Assembly (NCBI GenBank): GCA_049999805.1
Contig: JBNGIO010006285.1
Location: 90,008 to 154,007, forward strand
From: Folioceros fuciformis
Lineage: Eukaryota
Direction: 5' to 3'
Length of the DNA stretch: 64,000 nucleotides
In this document: piece after piece, positions 1 to 11,625 of the stretch
Layout: every line of letters starts with the position of its first letter
Position numbering within the stretch: position 1 is the stretch's first letter
Notes under the pieces: generated by a model
Told to the model about the DNA's origin: nothing
The model's input: the letters and a program-made list of their open reading frames with translations, nothing else
Databases searched by the model: none
Program-made: the position numbers and the translations under genes

Positions 1-3000
1 AGAGGGCTTGTGTGGACCTCGCGGTACCCCCGGGTACCATATTTTAACACCACACTTCCGCAAGGGAAGAACCTAACTCAGAAGTACAGCAATGCAGGGA
101 CAGAGAGGGGAACCTACAAACCCCGTCAAGAGAACCGGCAACTGTAACTGGTGCGGCCTTCCCGGCCAGTGGGCCATAGAGTGTCGGAAAAGAAGAGCAG
201 GCAAGCCCTCATGGCAGCAAAAGTCAGCCACAAACGTGGCTGTAAGACAGAACAAGTCGGGAGACTCGAAGGCCCCAGTGAAGATACTAACAGTCTGCCT
301 GTTCAGCACCCTTAGTGACGACAGCTGCTGGCACCTCGACTCTGGGGCAGCAACCCATATCTGCAAGAAGAGGGAACCTTTTAGTACCCTCGATTTAACA
401 CAAAAAGGTGGTCAGGTATTTCTTGCAGACGAGCAAAGCAAGACAAGTCTGCTTATGAGGGCAAGGGTACCTGTGTCTTCAGCCTCCATGATGGCATTGA
501 ACTAACCCTGACAGATGTCATCTATGTCCCAGGCATAGCCAAGAACCTCATATCCATGAGCCATCTCATGAGACTGCGGGTCTTGTACAGGCACGCAGAC
601 TCTGAGCACTGCTGCTTCTACAGGCAGTCATCTCCCCACACATGTGCATTTGAGGGACTACCTGAGAGCAACCTGTAGCAGTCATCTCCCCACACATGTG
701 CATTTGAGAGACTACCTGAGAGCAACCTGTACAGGCTTAACATCACCTATTCTAGTTCAGACCCGTACACAGAGGCCGTCCACACAACTACAGGTCCTAA
801 CCTAAGACAGGCACAACAGGCCCTGCTATGGCCTGCCCGCCTAGGGCATGTTAAAAGGTCGAAGCTGATTAACATGTTAGCCCTAGAGTGCCACCAAGAA
901 CCTCTTCCAAAATGCTTCAAGAAGTTACTTGTGTGCGAATCATGCATCCTTGCTAAGCAAAAGGAGTCACCATTTCCTAATTCACCTGCACAGAGGGGCA
1001 CCCGAGTCCTTGAGATAGTCCATGCAGACATCTCAGGCAAAGTTCATCAGCCTTCCCTTGGAGGTGCTCGTTACTTCCTAACAGTCACTGATGACTATAG
1101 CCGCTACACGTGGACCTACCCCATGCAGCTGAAAAGTGACACCTATGCCTGCTTCAAGGAATGGCTTACCATAGCCCAGCGGCCGTCATGACAGCTCCTG
1201 AAGACCCTCAGAACTGACAACGGCACCGAATTTGTCAACTCATCCTTTAACGATCTCTTGCAAGCCTCAGGAATCTTGCACCAGCTCACAGTGCCCTACA
1301 CACCACAACAGAATGATGTGTGAGAACGCAAGAACCAAACTCTGCTCTCAATGACAAGAAGCATGCTGTTATGGGCAAATCTACCACAGGGCTAATAGGC
1401 GGAGGCTATAGTGGTGGCGACCTACATCCTCAACCGTGTCATTACCAATACCGTTCTGACCAAGACTCCCTTCGAGGTATTCTGGAACAAGAAGCCCAGT
1501 GTCTTGCACCTCCGAGTCTTCGGATCCCACGCCTATTCCCACATCCTTGCAGAGAAAAGACACAAGTTGGACAACCGCTCAGAGGCACTTATCCTGGTCG
1601 GCTACAGTGAGCACTCTAAGGCATATAAGCTATACAACCCTGACGCCGACTGCATCGTGCTTGCCAGGAGTGTTACCTTCATAGAGCCCCGGTCCCTCGC
1701 TCTAGGGGAACCCCCTTCGGTGGATCCCATCCAGCCAGTCGACCAACCCTCCGTCTTCCCCACTGATGATGATGAACCTGCACAAGTAGCACCCCCTCCT
1801 ATTACAGCACCACCTGAAGACATCCCTACTGATCCCACTACCTTAGCCCCCACCGCAGCACAACATCAACCCGTATTGGATGCAGAGGGGGAATTGGGGA
1901 CAGCTGACTTGAGGATGGCCGATGATGCAGCTAAGCATGTTGAGCCAACTGACCCCCCTGAGCCTCCTACTCAAGTTGCTGAGTCTGCGCCTAGGCCTGA
2001 CCCCCCGCGGCGCTCCACGCGCCATAGGCCTCCCCCATTTGAATGGAGGGAGCCACCTTTTGCCTCCACTGACTTCAGGACACATGCTGCCCCAAGGCTC
2101 AACCCAGGCCCTCTCCTACCTACAGAACCCACCACACTCACTCAAGCATTCAGTAGCCCTGAGTGCGAGCAGTGGCGGTCAACAGTTGAGGACGAATACA
2201 AATCTTTGGTCAAGAATAATACTTGGACCCTCATCGACCTCCCACCTAGCAGGAAGGCTATATCCTGCAAGTGGACATTCAAACTCAAGCTGAATGCCAA
2301 GGGAGAAGTTGGCATATTCAAAGCACAATTAGTGGCCAGGGGGTTCACTCAGGTGGAGGCGTTGGACTACCAAGAAACGTTCTCACCTGTAGTTCGCAGC
2401 TAGTCCATCCGCCTTATCCTCACCTATGCTACAGAATTCGACTTGGACCTCTAGCAAATGGACGTATGCACAGCCTTCCTCTATGGGGCCCTCGATGAGG
2501 AACTATACATGCTCCAGCCCGAAGCCTACCAAAACCCAACACACCCACACAAGGTGTTGAGGCTATTGAAGTGTATTTACAGGCTGAAACAGAGTGGGAG
2601 AGTATGGTACCTCACTATGCATGAGTACCTGCTGAGCATTAACTTCACTAAGAATACTACAGACACCAACGTGTACAGGCTGGCAGCAGGATTCCCCCTT
2701 GTACTCCTTCCCCTGTACGCGGAGGACCTGATACTTGCCACAAAGAACCACAACCTATTAGCAAAAGTGAAGACACAGCTACACAAGAGGTTCGACATGA
2801 AGGACATCGGAGAATTGAAATATTGCCTCAGCATCCAACTCTTACGCGCACGAGATGCTGGGATCATGTACATCCATCAAAGCAAGTACATCAACGAGAT
2901 CCTACTGAAGTTTCATCTTGATCAGGCCAGACCCGCCACCACTCCATATGCGGTGGGCACCAAGCTGACCCGCCAACAGAGTCCACAGACACCTGATGAG

Positions 3001-3237
3001 CTGAAAGACATGGAAGGCGTACCCTACAGGCATGCCGTCGGCAACCTAATCTTCGTCGCCAATTAGACTAGGCTTGATATATAGTACTCAGTTAGCAGTA
3101 TATCACAGTTCCTGGACTGCCCTGGGAGAGCACACTGGACATCAGTAAAACGGATCTTCCACTACCTCAAGGGCTCAGCACACCACAGCCTAATGTACCA
3201 GAGAAGCGGAAAAGAACAGCTCAACTTATCTGGGTTT
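1..3237 (+). mobile_element. Degenerate Ty1/copia retrotransposon internal region (gag zinc knuckle, protease, integrase, RT); cut by the window on the left and broken at the start of RNase H
   Basis: Copia domain order: CNWCGLPGQWAIEC knuckle, WHLDSGAATHIC protease, CESCILAKQ and EIVHADISG...RYFLTVTDDYSRYTW integrase, EYKSLVKNNTWTL...KAQLVARGFTQ and MDVCTAFLYG RT. Several stops and frameshifts. The frame ends ...EQLNLSGF. Confidence 0.95.
624..731. repeat. 54-bp tandem duplication inside the copia element
   Basis: gcagtcatctccccacacatgtgcatttgag(g/a)gactacctgagagcaacctgta at 624-677 and 678-731, one mismatch. Confidence 0.9.
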
Positions 3238-3264
3238 AGGGTAACCCTAAACCCTAAACCCTAA
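3232..3264. repeat. Short head-to-head interstitial plant telomeric repeat
   Basis: gggtttagggt followed immediately by aaccctaaaccctaaaccctaa. Confidence 0.85.
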
Positions 3265-4779
3265 GTAAACCAATGCTCGGATAAATGAACCTAGCTTAGC
3301 TAGATATTTGCAAACTAGCTTAGAAATAGCTAGATGTGTATAGGTAAGTTGAGTCGGAACACATGTTGGGTGTTTCCCAACTTGTTATTGGTGTAACCCT
3401 GTTGCCCAACGTGGAAAAACAGCAGAACTTAGGGTACACTAGCAAGGCATCATGGAAGGAGTAGCGCTGATGCAAGAGCGTGAAGCCAACTCAGCTGGAC
3501 GCTGGATCGTGAAGATGGCTGGTGCTAGGCAAAAGGGGCAGCCAGGGCAGAAGTTAATAGTTGTTGAAGTTGCGCCGCGTAGCGTTGTAACTTGGGGAAG
3601 GCAACTCAAACCATGTTTTTGTGTTCTTTGGAATTGGGAGCTAGGATAAGGAATGTTTTCAGTGCCTTTCATTCCAGTGTTGCACTTCATGGCGTAACTT
3701 ACTGACTCCCCAAGCTGCGTGTGATACGCAGCTCCTTCCAAACCCAAATTGTTGCAAGCTTTTGCTGCAATCTCTTCACTTCAACAACTTTTTCAATTTG
3801 GGACAGGCATGCAAGATGTGGGAGCAAATGAGTTGGGTGGAGGCGGCCACGCAACTATAGCAAGGCAGCATCACCCACACGCCCTAACCGTGCTAGCAGC
3901 AGTTCAACTACAACAAGCTTTGCCAACCTTCCAGAGTTCATAGCATCCGTTGTAGAAGTCAATTGCTTTCAATTCACATACCTGATTGTTTGCCTCACTG
4001 AGAAAAATTTATTGGTATGATTTTTGTTCATTTTAGAGTGAAATCCAGCAACAGAATGCCTTGGAGGAGTTGGTCACCTAGGGTTTCAGTTGGGGAATGT
4101 TGGCTATTTGCAGCCAACACTCCTCTTGTTGCAGCATACGGGCTAGGGCTCTTGTGGACAATGACATTTCAGGTCTTTCATTACATATAGCTTAGCTCCT
4201 AGCTTATCTTTTAGATCAGCTTCCTACAAGTCCTTTTTTGCAGTTGTGACTTTGGCACTTCACAGTTCTAGACTAGTTTAGTTTTCTAGCTTTAGCAGCA
4301 AGCCTGACTACAGTACTGGCTTCCCTTCTTTTCCTCTTCCAGCCTAGCTAGCTGACTTGTTGTTTGTTGTGCATGTTCATGGAGGAATGCAACCTAAGGA
4401 GCATGGGACCAGTCCTCGTTACAGATTGAGATCCCGTGACATCCCTGGACAAAGCACCACACCTAGCCGTGCATACACACAACGGAGGAGGGCAGCCAAG
4501 AGGCAGGAGCAAGCTCAGGAGTTTGTGGAAGTCAACTTCGACCCCGACACTCCACCTTCAACAGCATGGCCAGCAACCAATTGGTCCCCATTTATAAGTT
4601 TCCTCATCTCTAAGCCTTCAACTTTGGAGGGAGAGCAAGCTCGATTTCAGAGCCAGCTACCTGAGGAGGAGACACAGGGAGAGTTCTTGCTAGAGCAGTC
4701 CTTAGGCCATACACCCTTGGAGCAGCCCCACTTGCCAACTTGGGGTGGGCAGCCCTCAGTTTACTTAGGCCTTAGATTT

Positions 4780-4970
4780 CCTCATCCAGGACTGAAAAAT
4801 TGCGGAGAGCAGTTTGGTGCAACACAACTTGACACAAAATAATGAGAGATTTTTTTTTTTACAAAATTGAATGTGTGTATTGTTTAAATACTAAACCCTA
4901 AAATGGTTCACTTAATGTAACCCTAAGTTTTTTATCCTAATGTTGGCTTTATTTCCAACACTCCCTCTAA
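4780..4970 (-). mobile_element. Probable polypurine tract plus the start of a 3' LTR of a second retroelement (left boundary uncertain)
   Basis: The minus strand reads ttagagggag-TGTTGGaaat at 4970-4951, the typical PPT/LTR junction, followed by AT-rich LTR-like sequence. Confidence 0.4.
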
Positions 4971-5206
4971 AGCAACTTTAGGTATTTAACGTGTATTTCC
5001 ACAACGAGTAGCAACCACCCTCTTGTTCAACACCACCACGGAACGGGATCCCTCCACACAGAATGGCGTAGCCCAAACCCCAGCGTAAAACCCCTACGTG
5101 AACGATGGACTATGTCCTCGCGCAAGTGTTTTCTGCCGCCAACATCTCCCTCGCCTTCCTGGCTGTGATCAAGCTCAATTGCCACGCCCACCATCGCCTT
5201 GTAGAG

Positions 5207-6276
5207 ATGCAGACGCGTAGTGGCAAAGTCTATGTCGCCTTAGAGAAGACGCCAAGGAGAAGGAGGACACAGCCGACACCCAGCACAGCACCGAGAGAGG
5301 AGGAGGCCCAGGGAAACTGCGGAAGATCAGGTGTGGGTCATTGGAGGAGCTTGCACGGTTCATGAAAAGCTGCCCAATCAACCCTGGACCTTTTCTAGAG
5401 ACAGCCCAGGCACCTCAGGAAGAGGGACCCGCACCCCAGCAGCCTGACTTCCGCTTCTCGGAGCTTGCGCTGCCTGCCCTAATCGCGCAACTGCATTTAA
5501 CCATCGACAGGGTCACGGAGCTGGAGCATATCCTTGCTGCTGGAAAAGGGCCTGCGCCAGTTAATGACGAAGAGCAGGATGTGAAGCCATCTTTGTAGAG
5601 GGCACTGTACTTACGGATGCCCAAGACAGAGTGAGATTTGGCCCTACCATACATTGCCATGGGGTACAGGCTCAGCAAACATGCCTCCTTAGCTCTCTTT
5701 AGTCCCTACTTTTTGCTATTTGGGATGGAGCACATACCGCCCAGTGGTATTGCCAAGCAAATGGCAGAAGTTTTGGATCTGGATGATCCTTCTGCTTGGG
5801 CACGTGCTATTGGTGAGAGGGCTGCATTGTTCAGGAAAGTAATGCCCATGGTAATGGTCAATCTCCGCATTGCACAGCATCGGGACACATTGCGGCATGC
5901 ATACACTCGCAGTGGTAGTTTCAGACCCAAACTGAAGAAATTTCAAGTGGGGGATTTCATATACTTGCAACGACAAACAAGGGACACTTTGGACATTGTC
6001 AGCAGCCGTCATGTGCTGCGAGTCAGGGAGGTCCGACCAAATGGGGTCTTGCTAATGCAAGAGTCAAATGGGCGCACCATCACAGACCATATGAAGAATT
6101 GCGCGCCTTGCCACCTTTTTAACTTGGACCCAACCATCGTCACCGCCGATTGGATTCCTCCTCGAGATTACCCATGCCAGGTATGCAGGAGGATTGACGA
6201 TGCTGAGTTGATGCTACTTTGTGACCATTGCAACGGTAGTTACCATTTGTTCTGCCTCAATCCACCTCTCTCATAG
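5207..6276 (+). mobile_element. Ty3/gypsy-type fragment: gag-like N-terminus joined to the integrase C-terminus and a PHD finger
   Basis: MQTRSGKVY gag-like start at 5207. *DLALPYIAMGYRLSKHASLALFSPYFLLFG matches the gypsy integrase WD..LP..Y..H.S...SP..LLFG motif. KFQVGDFIYL SH3-like segment. CQVC...LLCDHCNGSYHLFC PHD finger, stopped before the last Cys pair. Confidence 0.75.
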
Positions 6277-7279
6277 GTTTTAGGGCTCCTCCTTTTTTTA
6301 AAAAGTCAATTGCCGCCATCCCTTCTAGCCTTCCGTTCCCCCAACAAGCCAATGCTTTCCCATGACGGAAATCCATCCTTAATGGACTTAAATAAAATTC
6401 TTCTTTTCTTCCTGGTGGGGGTAGTAAGTACTCTTGTTTGGGCTGGACGGGTTTTCCGCCTTTCTTATTTTCGATAATAACATCTGACGTTCACGAAAGC
6501 TATTAGCCTGGGTTAACGAAGGGAGTAAGGCGTAATGGTCCAACTGCAGAAAGAAAAACAACAGCAGCTAACACCGGAGAAGAGGCCGATCTGCCTTTAC
6601 GATAAGTTTGGCCGAAAAGCAAAACAGACGGCGCTAAGCAAGACACTGTAATGCCGTAATCGAATGTCCTCTCGTCAGGCAACGAACCAGGCTCCCACAC
6701 CAGGGAGCGCAAACGGACCATCTGCTCCTTGCGCTACCGGCACAATCCTCGGCGTGTGTCGATTAAGTCGGGAGACGTGGTTTGAAGCACAGGTCTGGCG
6801 CGAAGTGGTGAGCTTTGACGAGTAGACCACCTCGAGAGAGCAGACGAGCACGAGCCGCATCGCATAACAGCACTGAGCTGCATGGAAGAGTGACGAGGCA
6901 CTCTCGCATGTTCTGTTCCATAAGCTACCGAGGATGGAATGCAGGACGAGAGGATAATTAATATCGGTAATTCAGTTTCCGAGCAGTCTGTGATCACCTC
7001 GTACATGGTCAAGGCAGCTCCAGCACGAAGGCACACACAACAGATATCTCAACAATTTGGTGAGATAGATAAGACCACGGCATGTACGTAGCATGAGTTC
7101 CTGGGAGCTGCCATGTGGTAGGAGGCAGACGGGTAAGGCGGGACCGGCAGCCGGTTTTTGGCAGCCACGTTTTCTCAACACGATCTGGACGATCTACACT
7201 ACACTTGTTATTTAGGTCTTGTGAAAGACATCTACGTAGTCGGAGAAATTGATCCCGAATCTGGTCAGGGCTCGTCGTC

Positions 7280-10200
7280 ATGGCGTCCGAGGAGGTGCGC
7301 AAATCATGTGGTCTTTCTCTGAGTCAGGGTTTTGTGGCCTGAGCCGGGTCGGAGTTGCAGTGTTATAGTATTTAGGCACCAGAAGCGGCAGGTTCTTCAG
7401 GGAGAAGAGATGGAAGGTGTGGCGGAGCTTGACGCCCTGGTTTCCTTTGACGAGAATCTTGCTTCCATTGGCAGGAGAATTCGAAGGGGGCTAGAACCAG
7501 TGCTGGGATGGAGTTGTATGAGCTGGTGTTCTTCAAGGATAACGTCTGGGTCCACCCCACGCAGTATGCCAATGAACGCATCAAAGGCCGCCTGCGGCTT
7601 GTCAAGCAGGGAACATCCCTGTTCCTGGTAAACATCCTTTCACCGACCTCGCGTCGATGCAGATGTGCATGTGCGGGTTGATTTTACCTCATGGCTTGTG
7701 AGCCTGTCCTGCGGCTTGCTGCAGACTTGGATCCCGTACACCAACGGAGGTGCCTCTAAGGATGAGTCGATTGTCATTCCCATGGGTGCGGGGAAGGGTT
7801 CTGAAAAAGGTACCGGGTAAAGGTCTCGTACTGAAGCAGAAAACGTTCGGGTTTTCTCGTGGGATGCCCCGCATTCCCCATAGCTTCCCTAGCCTCTGAT
7901 GTGATGCTCTGACCTTATCAGGTAGGAATCTGTACACAATTCGGGCTGTTTCTCTTTCAGAGATGAGGTCCATTCGCAAACATACACCACCTTTCGGGTG
8001 GCAGTATGTCATCATTGTGTTGACCAATGGTAAGGGTTTTCCGTGCTTGACCACAAAATGTACCTTCTTCAGCGTTCTTCAGTATTGGTCTTCACTCTTC
8101 CGGATTTTTCCCTTTCACTGAGCATGTTGTGCATGTGGTTACGCAGGACTTGCATTTCCGCCGCTATATTTTCACAGTGGTGGTGTTCGAGAGTTCCTCA
8201 GTGTGCTGCGTGAGCATGCTGTTCTGGTGAAGTAAGGCTTGTCACATGGGTTTAAATCTTAAGTACTGATTGTGGGAGGGTTTGAATGATGAACCTGAAC
8301 GAAGTACGCGTTATGTAAACGGCAGGTCCTCCGAGGATCCCAATGTCTATCTTGTCAACGATGTACAGGATCCTCTTCAGGTATATGGAGAGCTTGTTTG
8401 CGTTCAGCTCCTCGAGGATTTCAAGTTCTCCTCGTGCTATCCGAGTTCACTATGCTGCTGATGTCTGCAGAGGAGCTTGACTTCATTGGAGCTCACAGAA
8501 GGGCCAGTGTTGGGCAATGAATCATCAAAAACTAATGGAGACCCTTGGCCGCTGATTCCCACTCCAGCAGGGGTATCCGAGGGGGATGATGATCACCAGA
8601 CCGATAGTTCTGTTCACTCTGCACAAAAACCGGGAGATGCTGTTCGTGACATCTCAATTCAAGTCTTGGAAAAATTCTCCCTGGTTACAAAATTTGCCCG
8701 GGATATTTTTGGCGATGGTCGTCTGCATCCCTCGGACAATGATGTGGGTTTGATTCCAGCCCGAATGCCTGCTGCTCCATCCCAGAAAGTGACCTGGGCA
8801 AAGACGCAGGTAGCAGACCTTGATGAGCGGACCTCAGGCATTACATTGAACGAAGCATGTGAAGAAGTTGGCCAGGTAGCAACACTCCTGACTGTTACGT
8901 TGAGTTCATTACGAGGTTAATGGAGTGATGTCAACAGGAGCCCTTTTTTTCCAGAGTGATCTCAGGAGTCCTTCTGAAGCATGATTGTTTATTGAAAGTT
9001 GAGACTTGATTGTGAAAAAGAGATGGGAAAAACCCATCTACTCCAAGACAAAGGAGATCGAACCACCAAACATCGGGTCCATTGTTTAGAAGTGTGCTTA
9101 GGGTGTCTGTTGGATGAATACCAGGATGCTGGTCGCAAAGGTCAGTCAATGACTGGTGAAATGAATTAGTGAACGTGTTTTAGTGTCAAACACAGGGACA
9201 GGAAGTTCAGGTGAACGGACCAGATGAGGTGGCGTCCACTAATGTAGGGAGTTTTGAGCTTGTGGACGCTTTGCAGGTACTACCCTCCAAAACCAACCTC
9301 TTGCACATGGGAGATGTGGGCATTTCCTTGCCTTCGAGTGTAAGACATACTTATTGATATCTGCTGGTACTGGTTTATAGGAACAATGTTAAAGCTGTCT
9401 AACTTGTTGGAAGCTAAGAGAGATCTGTTGGAGTTTTCTAGGTTGAACCACCAGCACTGGTTTGGGGGCGAGCAAGGCCCCCACCTCTGGGAGCTGAAGA
9501 GGTGTTTGTTGCTGCTACTTGTGTGCCGTTTGTCTACCGTCTCCAATGCTTGTATCGTTTGTCTAATGTCGATGGTCATGGTAATTGGCAGTGGACTACA
9601 TTTTTGGATAATGAAGGTCGAGTTGTTGACGAGAAAGCGCTGAGGAAGAGAATTTTCTATGGCGGCATGGAGCCCAGCTTAAGACCTGAGGTAATGGACC
9701 TTGTGACGTAATGGGCTAGCCAAAGCTGCTCACAATGTTCGTCTTGGTTCATACTCAAGACTTTGGTTCTTTACGTGCAACCCTCGACAGGTCTGGAAGT
9801 TTCTCCTGGGGTATTATTCCTATGCTAGTACTTTCAAAGAAAGAGAGATGTTGGTGGCCAAAAAAAGAGAAGAGTATCAAACATTACAGTCTCAATGGCA
9901 GGTATGATGAAAACTTTCTGTGAAGTTCTATTTGCTGCTGAGGGTAGGTTTCGTAAGTTGTCAGGTCGCTAAGATCCGTTGGATGCAGAGCGTCACCGAA
10001 GAGCAAGCTAAGCGATTTGCTAAGTTCCGTGAGAGGAAGAGTCGTGTTGAGAAGGATGTGGTAAATGACTTCTTGTAGCCTACTTCGGCATAGCATCTTC
10101 TGGTTGTGATCGATCTTCAGGTTCTAAGTACAAGCTGCCATGCAGGTGCGGACAGACCGTACGTTGAGCTTTTTTGAGGGAGATGACAATCCCAACGTCC

Positions 10201-11127
10201 TATTACTCCGCAACATTCTGATAACATACTCTTTCTACAACTTTGATTTGGGATACTGTCAAGTGAGCATGCATATCTGAGACTCCTGCTTGGACACATC
10301 AGTATATAGACTAAGCTGCTTGATCATGAGCAATGTCATTGCCTTTTCTGTAATGCATGACTGACTCCTTGCCTCCTATATTGCATGCCATAACCTCGTT
10401 GCACTTTCTTCATATACAGGGCATGAGTGATCTTCTGTCTCCTATAGTATATGTTATGGAGGACGAGTCAGAGTCATTTTGGTGCTTTGCATCCTTGATG
10501 GAACGTCTGGCCCCTAATTTCCACCGCGATCAGACAGGAATGCACTCACAGCTGTTGGCCCTGTCCAAGGTTGGTCTAGGCTTGTGTTTTTGTCTCCGGT
10601 ACACACGACTAGCTAATTTCGCTGACTTCGATTTGCTTCTTTGCAGCTGGTACAGCTGTTGGACGCACCGCTGCATAGTTACTTCCATCAAGTGGATTGT
10701 CTCAATTACTTTTTTTGTTTTCGATGGATTCTTATTCAATTCAAAAGGTAAGTATGGATCGCTCTGGCTTTGGGGCAGCGGTGCATAATTGGCTCTCGAG
10801 TCGCTGAATGTTTTCTCATGGGGCAGGGAGTTTGAGTATCAGAATGTCCTTCGCCTTTGGGAAGTACTCTGGAGCCGGCACTTGACAGAACATTTTCACA
10901 TTTACATGTGTGTGGCCTTATTGAAACGTCACCGAAGGAAAATCATGGATGAACAGATGCAATTCGACACTTTGTTGAAGTTTATCAACGAATTGAGCGG
11001 GCACATTGATTTGGAATCTACCTTGCGGGACGCAGAGGCTTTGTGCATTCATGCTGGAGAAAAAGGTGCGGCTTGTATAGCCCCCGGCACGCCACCATCG
11101 TTCCCACATGTTGAGAAAGATGTCTGA
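7280..11127 (+). CDS. TBC1D15/17 (Gyp7)-type Rab GTPase-activating protein, multi-exon
   Basis: Spliced exons give ELVFFKDNVWVHPTQYANERIKGRL, VLEKFSLVTKFARD, LRKRIFYGGMEPSLRPE, VEKDVVRTDR, GYCQGMSDLLSP, FCFRWILIQFKREF and LWEVLWS. The start ATG is tentative. Confidence 0.92.
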
Positions 11128-11625
11128 TATTTTCCGTTCTTTTGTACATACGATAATGAACAAAGCCCTGTACAGAGCCTATCTTTTGGCTACTTGATTT
11201 AAATAGTTGAAAAGGCCCGTGGATCGAATGTGGGCTTCTGCACACAGGGAGACCTCTGCCAATGTAAACTATAGAAAGACAACAAGGTGGCAAAGCTCAG
11301 GATAAAGGGCTCGCAAAGTTACAGAGTATCATATTTCCTTCCATCTCAATTAGTGTCACGACTGGAGCAGAAAAGACCATATGCCAGACATATCGTGAAC
11401 CCACGTTCACCATTAGAAACACGTAGCATCCGGGTGCCCAGAAGCTCGGGGGTCAAACCACTTGCATCTACAGCACACGTTGTGCTATCTAGCAGCATAG
11501 CCCAGCTCTTCCTTTACTATGTCTCACACTGTTTTGCGCGTTCACAATGAACTGACCCGCCACCTGAAGACAGCCATTTCGCTGTGCTTTTACAACAACT
11601 TGATAAGACTGCGTTCACTTATTGT

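Noticed and set aside
3232-3264. Ancestral chromosome end-to-end fusion site
   Set aside because: Only about 4 repeat units and no subtelomeric context; kept only as a possible repair scar.
4357-4842. 161-aa ORF as a host gene
   Set aside because: It lies among retroelement debris and has no domain; probably a gag-like or LTR remnant that I cannot classify.
6480-7260. Short minus-strand ORFs upstream of the RabGAP
   Set aside because: No recognisable domain or consistent splice model.
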